30,385 bases of DNA, from NCBI GenBank assembly GCA_046757665.1, contig JBHHYO010000029.1, positions 1-30,385 on the forward strand, given 5' to 3'. Shown here piece by piece: positions 9,114 to 20,268 of this stretch. Made by a program: the position numbers and the translations under genes. Position 1 is the stretch's first letter; every line of letters starts with the position of its first letter. Under the pieces are notes generated by a model. The model was not told where the DNA came from. It did no database searches and saw nothing but the letters and a program-made list of their open reading frames with translations. The DNA is from Nitrospinales bacterium. GTDB taxonomy: Bacteria; Nitrospinota; Nitrospinia; Nitrospinales; JAJDAT01.

Positions 9114-9181
9114 GGAGAGCGGCTTAATTTTTTTATCTCGCTTCAACCGCTGTTCTCCACTCGTCTTGTCGTCTAAAGCAA

Positions 9182-10825
9182 ATGAAAATGAATATCGGCA
9201 TCGTGACGCTCAACGCGAAGTTCATTCATACTTCGCTCAGCCTGCGCTACTTGCGAAACGCCGCGCGGGAAGCCGGGTTCGGCAACGTCTGGATCGAGGA
9301 GTTTGTCATCGATCAACCCGTCTGGAAGGTCGCCGCGGAAATCCTGCGGCGTCAACCGGATGTTGTCGGGATCGGCGTTTATATCTGGAACCGGCAACAG
9401 AGTTTTCAATTGATCGAGTTGCTGAAGAAGCAAAACCCGGAGTTGACTGTTGCCGTCGGCGGCCCGGAGGTTTCGTTCGAGTCGGCTTTCTCGCCGGAAT
9501 ACACGGTGATCTCCGGGGAGGGAGAAAGCAAATGGGTGGAATTTTTAAATTACAGGAAACGCGGCGAAAGCCCCGCCGCCGACGTGCTTTGCCGCTGGCG
9601 GACTTATGGAACGGATTTGCCGCCATGGCGTCCGCCCTACCTGGAGGAAGATTTATCAAACCTTGAAAACCGAATCGTTTATCTGGAAACTTCCAGAGGG
9701 TGCCCCTATCGGTGCTCCTTTTGCTTATCCGCCCTGGATGAAACGGCCCGTTATTTCGACGACGACCAGGTGCGCGGCCAAATCGAGCGCCTGGCAAAAG
9801 CCGGCGCCAGGACGATCAAATTTATCGACCGTACGTTCAATCTCCGGCCCAAACGGATGCAAGCCCTGATGCAGTGGCTGGCGCAATTCCGCGGAACGTC
9901 CTTTCACTTCGAAGTGGTGGGAGACATTTTGACCGCGGATATCCTCGACTTCCTGAAAACCGTTCCGGAAGGCATGTTCCAGTTCGAAATCGGCGTGCAA
10001 ACGGTGGACGGCGGCGTGCAATCCATCATCCGGAGAAAGCAGGACAACCGGCGGGTGTTCGAAGCCGTGGAAAACCTGGTCAGGGAGAACCGGGTGCACG
10101 TTCATTGCGATTTGATTTTTGGTCTGCCGGATGAAAGTTTCGACGGTATCCTGCAATCTTTTTCGACCCTGGTTAAATTAAGACCGCACGAATTGCAGTT
10201 GGGATTTTTGAAATTTCTTCCCGGAGCGCCGATCCGCGATTTGATCGAAACCCATGAATACCGGTTTCAATCCTTTCCGCCCTACGAGGTCGTGTCGCAC
10301 AAGGGGTTGTCGGCGGACCAGGTGATTTATCTTAAAAAATTCGCCGAGGTTTTCGACCGGTTTTACAACTCGAAACGCTTCAGGTTTTCCATTGACCGTT
10401 TGCTGGAAACCTGGGAACCGGCGAAATTGTTTGACCGCCTCCTGCAATATATGGAGACGAATGATTTATTTATGAGGGGACTTTCCCTAGATCGTATCTA
10501 TCAGGTGTTTTTTGAAGTGTTTGATCTGGGAAACGACGACCTGGGTGCGGACCTGCTCCGGCTGGACTATGTTTATCATCAGCAGGTGTACCGCCTGCCG
10601 GGTTTTCTGCAAAATCGCCGTCCGAAAGGTGCGCGTTTTAAAAGCTGGAGCGGCGACAGAAAAAGTCCCCTGTTTCTTTTCATGCACGAAATCCAATTCA
10701 TGGGAAATGGCGTCAGCTTGAATCCTGCCAGCAAACCGTTGTATTATGCTTTTGTTCATCCGCAAAAAAAACCCGGCTACCTGGTTCAACCCACCGTTGT
10801 GCGGGAGCCGGATGTAATTTCTTAA
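9182..10825 (+). CDS. B12-binding-domain radical SAM protein (DUF4080-type C-terminus likely)
   Basis: [14 protein letters not shown] and GVYIWN/GGPEVS cobalamin-binding region; [13 protein letters not shown] CxxxCxxC motif; KFIDRTFN. Confidence 0.88.
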   Translation: MKMNIGIVTLNAKFIHTSLSLRYLRNAAREAGFGNVWIEEFVIDQPVWKVAAEILRRQPDVVGIGVYIWNRQQSFQLIELLKKQNPELTVAVGGPEVSFESAFSPEYTVISGEGESKWVEFLNYRKRGESPAADVLCRWRTYGTDLPPWRPPYLEEDLSNLENRIVYLETSRGCPYRCSFCLSALDETARYFDDDQVRGQIERLAKAGARTIKFIDRTFNLRPKRMQALMQWLAQFRGTSFHFEVVGDILTADILDFLKTVPEGMFQFEIGVQTVDGGVQSIIRRKQDNRRVFEAVENLVRENRVHVHCDLIFGLPDESFDGILQSFSTLVKLRPHELQLGFLKFLPGAPIRDLIETHEYRFQSFPPYEVVSHKGLSADQVIYLKKFAEVFDRFYNSKRFRFSIDRLLETWEPAKLFDRLLQYMETNDLFMRGLSLDRIYQVFFEVFDLGNDDLGADLLRLDYVYHQQVYRLPGFLQNRRPKGARFKSWSGDRKSPLFLFMHEIQFMGNGVSLNPASKPLYYAFVHPQKKPGYLVQPTVVREPDVIS

Positions 10826-10853
10826 CCTCGTCAAAACATTCAAGGAGCCAGTA

Positions 10854-12545
<1,692 letters not shown>

Positions 12546-12569
12546 CGAGCCGGTTTTCGGCAAGCGAGG

Positions 12570-13322
12570 TCAGGCCCACTTCAAGAGAAACCAATAGGAG
12601 ATGCCTTTTTGACCGTTGGTTTCCCGGTTGGCGCCGTTCCAGACGGCGATTGCCATGGGCTGGATGTTTTCGAACTGTGCGTCGTAGGCGTCGGAAGTTC
12701 TGAGCGACCGTTTGAACACCACCTGCCAGACCTTGTTCGACCAGACGCCTTTCCCGGCGACATCCTGATGCGCCTGAAACGTTAGTGTGCTGAACCCCTC
12801 GGCGTTCAAGTCCTCGACGGGCGAACCACCGCCCGCCTTCTGCAACACGGCTTTCCATTGCCATATATTAACCGCCATGCCTTCCGCGCCCATGGTAATC
12901 GGCGGCGGTTCCTCCTGGCGCGGGTCGAGCGGGAACATCAGCGCGGCCTGATCGGAATACAAGCCGGAATTGGAAAACCGGGTTTCCTGGCTGTCGTCCT
13001 GCCATTCCAGCCAAATCGCGATTTCCGACTGGGTTCTTGCGGCGCGTGCACGGACTTTTTTGATGGACGGGTTTGGCCATTGCGGATTGGTGATGAGTTG
13101 GGGGCCGAGTTCAATGGAAACGGCGGGCGGGCTGTTTTCCGATGTCCAGAAAGGGTCCTGGGGAGAAAGCGGCAGGTCGCGCGAAAACTTTAAGACTTTC
13201 AGCACCGGCGCGCAGACACTGCCCGCGCAGTCGCTGACTTCCGGGCGGCCGCAACCCATAACCGATTGCCAACCCGCAAGCAGAATGATCAACATGAGGC
13301 AAAAAAGTTTGGCGCGTTTCAC
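12570..13322 (-). CDS. Ethylbenzene-dehydrogenase gamma-like (EbdC/NxrC-type, DOMON-like) heme b protein, exported
   Basis: Signal-like N-terminus; LEWQD, DQAALMFP, ITMG (candidate Met ligand), VNIWQWKA, DLNAEGFSTLT, AIAVWNG, ETNGQKG (candidate Lys ligand). Confidence 0.8.
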   Translation of the reverse strand: MKRAKLFCLMLIILLAGWQSVMGCGRPEVSDCAGSVCAPVLKVLKFSRDLPLSPQDPFWTSENSPPAVSIELGPQLITNPQWPNPSIKKVRARAARTQSEIAIWLEWQDDSQETRFSNSGLYSDQAALMFPLDPRQEEPPPITMGAEGMAVNIWQWKAVLQKAGGGSPVEDLNAEGFSTLTFQAHQDVAGKGVWSNKVWQVVFKRSLRTSDAYDAQFENIQPMAIAVWNGANRETNGQKGISYWFLLKWA

Positions 13323-13426
13323 TTGTGATTCAAAAGGGAAGGTTGTGAATGTTGGGATTGGTTCGATGCGGTGCAGGCCGATGTTTCGGTTAAGCCGTCC
13401 GGTTCCGGCGCATTTTCAGAACGCCG

Positions 13427-14737
13427 TTAAAAGGCGTCGATCAGTTTTTCCAAATCCGTTTTCAGTTCCGGCGTAAACGGTCCGACCAGGATAAGGTTAA
13501 GTTTTTCGCGGACGAAAATTTTCATAGCCAGACGTTGCAGGTCCTGGACGCCGATGCTTTCGATAATGGCTTTTTCCTCTTCGATCGTTATTTCTTCGGA
13601 ATACAGCTGGGCGAAGCCAAACCGCAGGATTTGTTTGTAGGGTTCGTCGAGATCGAAGTCCAGATCGTAAAGGTAGCGTTTTTTTACGTGCGCCAATTCC
13701 TCTTCATTGGGGCCGAAGGTGACGAAGGTTTTGATTTCCCGGAAAATGATGCGGGCTACCTGGAGGATTTTTTCCCGGCTTACGGTGACGTCAAAGTCGA
13801 AGGTGCCGATGTCGGACAAGCTGGTGGCGCGGCATTCGATGGAATAAGCCAGCCCCATGTCTTCGCGCAATGCCCGTTGCAGGCGCGAGGCGATGCCGTC
13901 GTCGAAGATGCGGTTGATCAGGTACACCGCATAATAATCCGGGTCGTTGTAGGAAACCGAACGGAAGCAGATTTGCAATTGCACCTGGCTGTCCAGGTCA
14001 TACTGGAAGGCAGAGACGGGCCGGGTCTGGTTTTCGGCGATAGCGCCCTTGAAATGATTTTTGGAAATCACTCGTCCGCGCCTGTTCAGCGGCGAAAAAT
14101 ACCGCTCCGCCAGAGCCAGGAATTGCTCGTGCGACAAACAGCCCGCGGCCGCCAGAGTCATGTTTTCCGGAATATAGTGGGCCTGGAAATATTCGCGGAG
14201 CATTTCGGCGTCAATCGACTTGATGGTTTTTTCGGTGCCGATGGTGGGTAGCGCCAGGGAAGTGCCTTCGTAAAGGAGCTTGCAGGCGTGGTTGTTGATG
14301 TCGATGTTTTGTCCTTCGGCGTTCAGCTCCTCGAGGTACTCTTCCAGGATGACTTGCCGCTCCAGGTCGATGCCGGCGAAATTTGGGGCGGCAAAAAAGT
14401 CGGCGAACAGTTCCATTCCGCGGTCCAGCCGGGAAATGTGCGGGCTGAATCCGTAAAACGTGTACTCGCCGAGGGTGGAGGCCCTGGGCTCGCGGCCGAT
14501 CTTTTCAAATTCCCGGTTCAATGAAATGGAGTCGGGGTACTTTGCGTTGCCGCGGAACATCATGTGTTCGAGAAAATGAGAAATGCCGTTATTGTCCTCA
14601 TTCTCGAAGCGCAGGCCGGCGCGCAGAAACATCGCCACTTCCAGCGTGTGGATATGGGGCATTTCCACGGTGATGACGGTCAGCCCGTTGGACAGGGTGT
14701 CCTTGAAATTCCTTATTTCGACTTCCGTGATATTCAT
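13427..14737 (-). CDS. M16-family (pitrilysin-like) zinc peptidase
   Basis: LSNGLTV, GISHFLEHMMFRG (HxxEH), ERQVILEE, SRLQRALREDMGLAYS; ATG 14737 preferred over TTG 14785. Confidence 0.92.
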   Translation of the reverse strand: MNITEVEIRNFKDTLSNGLTVITVEMPHIHTLEVAMFLRAGLRFENEDNNGISHFLEHMMFRGNAKYPDSISLNREFEKIGREPRASTLGEYTFYGFSPHISRLDRGMELFADFFAAPNFAGIDLERQVILEEYLEELNAEGQNIDINNHACKLLYEGTSLALPTIGTEKTIKSIDAEMLREYFQAHYIPENMTLAAAGCLSHEQFLALAERYFSPLNRRGRVISKNHFKGAIAENQTRPVSAFQYDLDSQVQLQICFRSVSYNDPDYYAVYLINRIFDDGIASRLQRALREDMGLAYSIECRATSLSDIGTFDFDVTVSREKILQVARIIFREIKTFVTFGPNEEELAHVKKRYLYDLDFDLDEPYKQILRFGFAQLYSEEITIEEEKAIIESIGVQDLQRLAMKIFVREKLNLILVGPFTPELKTDLEKLIDAF

Positions 14738-14883
14738 GCGATCCCAAAAGACAGGGATTTTCGGATAGCAACTCAGGGTAAGCAATTATCGCATATCCGG
14801 CGGAAATTTGGGTTTAAAAAGAGTAAAAATTGCAACTGTGATAAACTTCGATCTTTCGATTTGATTTTGTGATGCGTGGTGAG

Positions 14884-15618
14884 ATGACAATACCTGCCTG
14901 GAGCAACGAGGATTTTGAAACGGCCCGGCGCTATTTGGCCGGCCACGAGGAGCAGGCGCGGGTCTCGGCGGTTCTGGAGACGGACTCCGGGGTGACCGTG
15001 ATCCTGCCTGCCGGTCTGCCCGGATTGGGCGTGACGTTTCATGGCGTTTTCATGGCGGCGCCCATCCTGTTATTTCTCGTTCTGCTGGGAGCGTTTCTCG
15101 TTATCGGCGTTGAGGAGAACTGGGGGTTCAATACCATCACCTTGACGCTGGCGGCGCTTTGCGTCCTTTTGTTGTGGGGACTGGGCAAGGTCTTGAAACT
15201 TCTGCTGAAGAACCGGGAACTTTTCCCGCGCCGGCATTTCGTGACGCTGGGAAGCCGGGGCATCGCCATGCACTTCAGCCGTTGGCAACTGCCCGGCGGC
15301 AGTCCGCGGGCCGCCATTGCCTGGGAGGAAGTCATGCAGGTGCGGCGCGGCGGCAAGCGCTTCTTTCCGCCCGCCCTGTTATGCGGAATCACCGCCGCCG
15401 AAACCCTCGAGGTGGAATCCGCCGCCGGAGAAAAGGTTGTGATTCCTTTTCACTTGCGCGATAACGAACCCACCGGTTTTGCCGATGCCGTCGAGGAAGC
15501 CGTTAAAGCCGGAATGGCCGGGAGAAAACGGAATGACGTAGTCCGGTCAGCGGATGGCGAGGTACCACTTGCTCAAAATTCTTGGCGGAAAACCGAGGAG
15601 GAACAGTCCGGCGATTAA
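14884..15618 (+). CDS. Hypothetical membrane protein (two TM helices then a soluble domain)
   Basis: Long ORF filling the gap between two minus-strand genes; two hydrophobic segments; start uncertain (14869-14884); 3' end overlaps the convergent gene. Confidence 0.6.
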   Translation: MTIPAWSNEDFETARRYLAGHEEQARVSAVLETDSGVTVILPAGLPGLGVTFHGVFMAAPILLFLVLLGAFLVIGVEENWGFNTITLTLAALCVLLLWGLGKVLKLLLKNRELFPRRHFVTLGSRGIAMHFSRWQLPGGSPRAAIAWEEVMQVRRGGKRFFPPALLCGITAAETLEVESAAGEKVVIPFHLRDNEPTGFADAVEEAVKAGMAGRKRNDVVRSADGEVPLAQNSWRKTEEEQSGD

Positions 15619-16233
15619 CCAGTTTCTGAGTGTCGTGTAAAGAACGCCCTCGGCTTGCCAGCGGCGGGGCGAGGTGGTGGTTTTTTCTTCCAGGATGACG
15701 GTTTTCCCTTCTTTCTTCAGCCGGTTGAAAAAATCCATGTCCTCGCAGATGGGAATCGGAGAAAAACCGCCCATGCGTCTGAAAGTCTCTCCGCGGACGA
15801 AGATGGCCTGGTCGCCGTAAACGATGCGCAGGTATTTGGCGCGCAAGGTGGCTACCCGCGAGATAAGCCGCAACGACCATCTGGGAGACTGGATGCGTAA
15901 ACTGAATGCGCCGCCTACGGTGCGGGCTTCGGACATGAGACGAATCATCCTCCGGTAACCGTCGTGCTCCATGGTGCTGTCGGCATGAAGGAACAACAGC
16001 GTGTCGCCACGCGCCCGCCCGGCGGCGGCGTTCATTTGCAAGGCCCGACCCGGCGGGCTGGGCACGACCCGGGCGTTGAATTTGCCGGCGATGTCAAGAG
16101 TGCCGTCCTCGCTTCCCCCGTCGCCGATTATGATTTCGCAGGGGTTATATTTTTCGATCGTTTCCAGGGTTCGCGCGAGAACCGCCGCTTCGTTGAGGGT
16201 GGGGATGATTACGGAAACTTGTACAGGGCTCAT
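15547..16233 (-). CDS. GT2 glycosyltransferase, TIGR04283-like
   Basis: SVIIPTLNEA, DGGSEDGT, GRALQMNAAA, LFLHADS, YGDQAIFVR, GGFSPIPICED, TSPRRW. Confidence 0.85.
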   Translation of the reverse strand: MSPVQVSVIIPTLNEAAVLARTLETIEKYNPCEIIIGDGGSEDGTLDIAGKFNARVVPSPPGRALQMNAAAGRARGDTLLFLHADSTMEHDGYRRMIRLMSEARTVGGAFSLRIQSPRWSLRLISRVATLRAKYLRIVYGDQAIFVRGETFRRMGGFSPIPICEDMDFFNRLKKEGKTVILEEKTTTSPRRWQAEGVLYTTLRNWLIAGLFLLGFPPRILSKWYLAIR

Positions 16234-16502
16234 GTCGATGAAAAAATGGGATGAATTTACCGCCGTGGATGAAACGAAAAATGAGTTTTTTGCTTCCCGG
16301 CAACCGGCGTCCGCCCTGAGTTAATCACAGTCCCGGCTTAAATGCAATGGGTTGGCGGGCCTGGATTCGGGGCCGGGGATGAAAATTTGAAAGCAAAATT
16401 TTCCGCAACGCTTTATCCTCCGATGAAAATGTTATTATAATAGCAGTAAAAAAATGTAGCGAGGAACCCTCTCAAGCCTTCGGAGGCATTTCCGGATCAA
16501 AT

Positions 16503-17288
16503 ATGCTTGCACATTTTATAGATTCCAAGTCGTTTCCCTGTGGTTATTTCGACGACCGGCAGTCTTTGTTTGAAGAGTATCTTCTCGAGGATGTTTCGGA
16601 AATAGAGTTTGAATATCTGCTGGCCCACGGGATGCGTCATTTTGGGGATTATTTTTTCCGCCCCCGGTGTCTGGGGTGCCACGCCTGTATCCCTATCCGT
16701 GTGCGGCCCGGCGAATTCACAATGTCGCGCAGTCAAAAGCGGGCCATGAATGCGTGCCGGTCCGTGGAAGTGAAAATCGGCGCGCCAAAATTCCGCGAGG
16801 AAAAGTTTCGTCTTTACCTGGAACACAAAAAACGGTTTCCGTCTCTTCAGCATGACGTGGAAGATGTGGACAACTTCCGCCTTTCGTTTTATGACAACTC
16901 GCCGTTTGGATTGGAGTTCGAATATTACTGCAACGGAAAATTGATCGGCGCGGCGCTGGCCGATTGCACCCGGAAAACATTTTCGGCAGTTTACACGTTT
17001 TATAATCCCGTTTACGCCAAGATGAGCGTGGGGACCTTCAGCGTTTTAAAACAATTGGAATTTTCCCGGAAACAGGGGATCGATTATTTTTATCTGGGGT
17101 ATTTCATCCTGCACAACAAATCCCTGCGGTACAAAGCGTCCTTCAAGCCCAACGAAGTTTATGTCGACAATGAATGGGTGGCCTACAACGCCGCCGGGTC
17201 TGGAGTTCTCGTTCCGGAAGAAAAGCTGGCGTGGAAAAACGAGGAGTTCCTGGTCAAGCCGGTTTCCCGACAGCCGCATGGGGTCTGA
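16503..17288 (+). CDS. bpt: Aminoacyl-tRNA-protein transferase, ATE1/Bpt family
   Basis: PCGY, GMRHFGDYFFRPRCLGCHACIPIRV, SAVYTFYNP, SVGTFSVL, YFYLGYFI, LRYKASFKP. Confidence 0.88.
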   Translation: MLAHFIDSKSFPCGYFDDRQSLFEEYLLEDVSEIEFEYLLAHGMRHFGDYFFRPRCLGCHACIPIRVRPGEFTMSRSQKRAMNACRSVEVKIGAPKFREEKFRLYLEHKKRFPSLQHDVEDVDNFRLSFYDNSPFGLEFEYYCNGKLIGAALADCTRKTFSAVYTFYNPVYAKMSVGTFSVLKQLEFSRKQGIDYFYLGYFILHNKSLRYKASFKPNEVYVDNEWVAYNAAGSGVLVPEEKLAWKNEEFLVKPVSRQPHGV

Positions 17289-17299
17289 CTTGCGGCGCG

Positions 17300-17413
17300 C
17301 TAGATCACTTTGAAAAAGAGCAGATACAGCCAGATGACGATGGCCACATTGATGATCACGCCGATGTGGAACAGCCAGTTAAAGGATTTGCTGTATTTGA
17401 ACTTGTAGTCCAT
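17300..17413 (-). CDS. Small single-TM membrane protein (37 aa), absent from the ORF track
   Basis: ATG GAC TAC AAG...GTG ATC TAG = MDYKFKYSKSFNWLFHIGVIINVAIVIWLYLLFFKVI; mostly C/G-ending codons like host genes; fits the intergenic gap without overlap. Confidence 0.65.
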   Translation of the reverse strand: MDYKFKYSKSFNWLFHIGVIINVAIVIWLYLLFFKVI

Positions 17414-17497
17414 GGGTGGTATCCGGGGAGTTTTTTTTCTTATTGTCGCAAAATCCGCTCCGTCCCGCCATCTTTTTTTATGGCGGTCGAATCGTTT

Positions 17498-18310
17498 TTA
17501 ATCCATTACTAGGGTTGTGAGTCGCTTGGCCAGGGCAGACTGCCGGATCAGTTTGCGGACGGGTTTCTCGATCAGGTTGAGGCTCATGTAGAGTCGTTCC
17601 AGGTTGGGGAAGGGGTTGTTTTCCGCAAGAGCCCGGCCTCCGGCATCGCGGATTTCATTACGCCAAATGCTCAGGGCGGTGAGCGATTGCAGGCTCTCGG
17701 AGTTCATGAGAGCCATGAACCCTGCGTCGCCGATTTTGTTGGAGCAAAGATAAAGTTTGCCGAGCGCCGTGAGGGTCCTGGTGCGCGCCAGAGCCATGGC
17801 GCCCGCGTCGCCGATGCCGGCGCTGTCCAGGTGCAGGGCATGTAATCGGGGAAGTTTTTCCGAATTTGCCAGCGCCGTGGCGCCTTGGGGGCCGATCGGA
17901 TTGGAATCGAGAAACAGGATTTCCAGGTTTTGCAGATGGGGGGATTGAGCGAGAGCTTCCACGCCGCCAGGCCCCAGCAGGTTGGCTTCCAGCATCAGGC
18001 AGGTTAGATGTTGTGCCAGGGGAGAGTCTGCCAGGGCTCGCGCTCCCCGGTCGCCGATTTTGTTGTGATTGAGGTACAAATGGGTGAGGCGTTGGGAAAC
18101 GGGAGGACGGACCAAAACCGCGACTGCCTCGTCTTCCAGTTGGTTGTTGCCGAGGAAAATTTTTTCCAGGCCCGGAAACTCTTCAGACTCGCGGAGGAAT
18201 TTTATTTCCTCCAGGCCGATACGTTTGTTTTCCAGTTCCAGGTTTTTGCCGTCCGGGCTGAGTCCCCGGCGGATCAGTTCCTCGATTCTGGATTTTGCGA
18301 CATCTTGCAA
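17498..18310 (-). CDS. Leucine-rich repeat protein (RNI/GALA-like, about nine 27-aa repeats)
   Basis: Repeating LxxLxLxxNxIGDxGAxALAxSxxL; TTG start with a GAGGAGG RBS upstream. Confidence 0.88.
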   Translation of the reverse strand: MQDVAKSRIEELIRRGLSPDGKNLELENKRIGLEEIKFLRESEEFPGLEKIFLGNNQLEDEAVAVLVRPPVSQRLTHLYLNHNKIGDRGARALADSPLAQHLTCLMLEANLLGPGGVEALAQSPHLQNLEILFLDSNPIGPQGATALANSEKLPRLHALHLDSAGIGDAGAMALARTRTLTALGKLYLCSNKIGDAGFMALMNSESLQSLTALSIWRNEIRDAGGRALAENNPFPNLERLYMSLNLIEKPVRKLIRQSALAKRLTTLVMD

Positions 18311-18335
18311 AGCGGAACCCTCCTCATCTCATGCG

Positions 18336-18470
18336 CCTGGTACTTCGTTGCAAAAATAAGCAACCGGGAAATGTCGCCCTTCGACAGGCTCAGGGCGACA
18401 ACCAAGCTGTCACGCTGAGCTTGTCGAAGCGTGAAGAAACGGTTATGAACTTTTGCAACGAAGTACCAGG
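18336..18470. mobile_element. MITE-like element 2 (135 bp) enclosing a REP-like doublet
   Basis: Perfect 20-bp inverted repeat CCTGGTACTTCGTTGCAAAA (18336-18355) / TTTTGCAACGAAGTACCAGG (18451-18470). Confidence 0.75.
18375..18433. repeat. Back-to-back doublet of 26-bp TGTC-tagged REP-like hairpins
   Basis: TGTCGCCCTGAGCCTGTCGAAGGGCG (18400-18375, -) and TGTCACGCTGAGCTTGTCGAAGCGTG (18408-18433, +); same family as 1614-1669. Confidence 0.85.
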
Positions 18471-18603
18471 TAACGATACAAGGCGGCGGCAAAAAATGCA
18501 AAATCTTTCCCGACGTTTTAATTTTTGAAATTCCCCTTTGTATCCCCAAAGGAAGGGGATAAAATGGGTGTCATCGACAGTCAACTTCAGATAGGTGCAA
18601 AAA

Positions 18604-19071
18604 ATGCAAAAAGCAATGTTTGCCGCTGGTTGTTTCTGGGGAGTGGAAGTCGCCTTCCGGAAAATCAAGGGGGTTGTTTCGACCGCGGTCGGATACTCGG
18701 GAGGAACGGTACCCAATCCGACTTACCACGATGTATGCTCCGGGCAGACGGGGCACGCGGAAGTGGTGGAGGTGGAGTATGATGAGTCGCGGGTTTCTTA
18801 TGACGATCTGCTGAGCGCGTTTTGGGCGATGCACGATCCGACGACGCTGAACCGCCAGGGGCCGGATATTGGAACGCAGTACCGGTCCGCCATTTTTTTC
18901 TTCAACGCGGACCAGGAGGCCGCGGCGAAAGCCTCCCGGGCGAAACTTCAGGCATCCGGCAAACTCAGCGGAGATATCGTTACGGAGATCACCCCGGCTT
19001 CGGAGTTTTACATCGCGGAGAATTATCATCAGCGGTATCTGGAAAAACGCGGCCTGACCCAATGTTCATAA
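18604..19071 (+). CDS. msrA: Peptide-methionine (S)-S-oxide reductase
   Basis: [47 protein letters not shown]. Confidence 0.97.
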   Translation: MQKAMFAAGCFWGVEVAFRKIKGVVSTAVGYSGGTVPNPTYHDVCSGQTGHAEVVEVEYDESRVSYDDLLSAFWAMHDPTTLNRQGPDIGTQYRSAIFFFNADQEAAAKASRAKLQASGKLSGDIVTEITPASEFYIAENYHQRYLEKRGLTQCS

Positions 19072-19120
19072 CCGACCTTTCTTCGCCCCTCGTTTTCCAT
19101 CCGCGAACTGTTGGATCGAC

Positions 19121-20233
19121 ATGATTATAGGCGTTCCCAAGGAAATCAAGGAACATGAATATCGGGTTTCGATCACCCCTGCCGGAGTGCACGACCTGGT
19201 TGCCGCCGGGCACGTGGTTCTGATCGAAGACCGCGCCGGGTTCGGCAGTGGAATCGATAATGACCAGTACGAACACGAGGGGGCCAGGATCACCGGGCGG
19301 GACGATATTTACAAGCGCGCCGAAATGATCATCAAGGTCAAGGAACCCATTGCCGAGGAATACGAGCTACTGCAAGAGGGGCAGGTGTTATATACCTACC
19401 TGCATCTTGCCCCGGCGCCGGACCTGGCTCATGAATTGCTGAAAAGAAAAATCATCGGCATTGCTTACGAAACGGTGCAGTTGGAGGATGGCTCCCTGCC
19501 CCTGCTGATTCCGATGAGCGAGGTGGCGGGCCGCATGTCGATTCATGAGGGCGCCAAGTATCTGGAACGGGAAAACGGCGGGCGCGGCATCCTCCTGGGC
19601 GGGGTGCCGGGCGTCGATCCGGGGCACGTCGTCATCATCGGCGGCGGAATCGTCGGTTCCAATGCGGCGCGAATGGCCCTCGGCACGGGCGCTTCGGTAA
19701 CGCTTCTGGACATCCACCTGCCCCGCCTGCGTTATCTGGACGATGTTTACGGAGGCCAGCTCAAAACCCTGATGTCCAACAAAATAAATATCCGGGAGGC
19801 CATCCGTGTTGCCGACCTGGTGGTGGGCGCCGTGCTGATACCCGGAGCCAAGTCGCCTAAACTGATTACCCGTAAAATGCTCTCCGATATGATGCCCGGG
19901 TCCGTTATAGTCGATGTTTGTATCGACCAGGGGGGTGTCCTGGAAACTTCCCGGCCGACCTCCCACAGCGATCCCATTTACCCGGTGGACGGGGTTATCC
20001 ATTATTGCGTTTCCAACATGCCGGGAGCCCTGGCGCGGACATCCACCTTTGGGTTGACCAACGCGACGTTTCCTTACGCTTTCGAACTGGCGCAAAAAGG
20101 ATACAAAAAAGCGATCCAGGAAAATCCGGCGTTGAAAAAGGGGCTTAATGTTTTCAAGGGGCACGTCACCCATCCCGCCGTTGCGGAAGCGCTGGGAATC
20201 GAGTGGGCTCCGGTTGAAAAAGTTCTGGATTGA
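19121..20233 (+). CDS. ald: Alanine dehydrogenase
   Basis: IGVPKEIKEHEYRV, KVKEP, YLHLA, LLIPMSEVAGR, GGGIVG, IDQGG, HYCVSNMPG. Confidence 0.96.
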   Translation: MIIGVPKEIKEHEYRVSITPAGVHDLVAAGHVVLIEDRAGFGSGIDNDQYEHEGARITGRDDIYKRAEMIIKVKEPIAEEYELLQEGQVLYTYLHLAPAPDLAHELLKRKIIGIAYETVQLEDGSLPLLIPMSEVAGRMSIHEGAKYLERENGGRGILLGGVPGVDPGHVVIIGGGIVGSNAARMALGTGASVTLLDIHLPRLRYLDDVYGGQLKTLMSNKINIREAIRVADLVVGAVLIPGAKSPKLITRKMLSDMMPGSVIVDVCIDQGGVLETSRPTSHSDPIYPVDGVIHYCVSNMPGALARTSTFGLTNATFPYAFELAQKGYKKAIQENPALKKGLNVFKGHVTHPAVAEALGIEWAPVEKVLD

Positions 20234-20268
20234 AAACGTCTGTCTCCCGGGCCTTAACATCCAATCAA

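Noticed and set aside
16381-16487. Short inverted repeats upstream of bpt (GAAAATTT/AAATTTTC and GCCT-TCGG-AGGC)
   Set aside because: Short or low-complexity; indistinguishable from chance without comparative data
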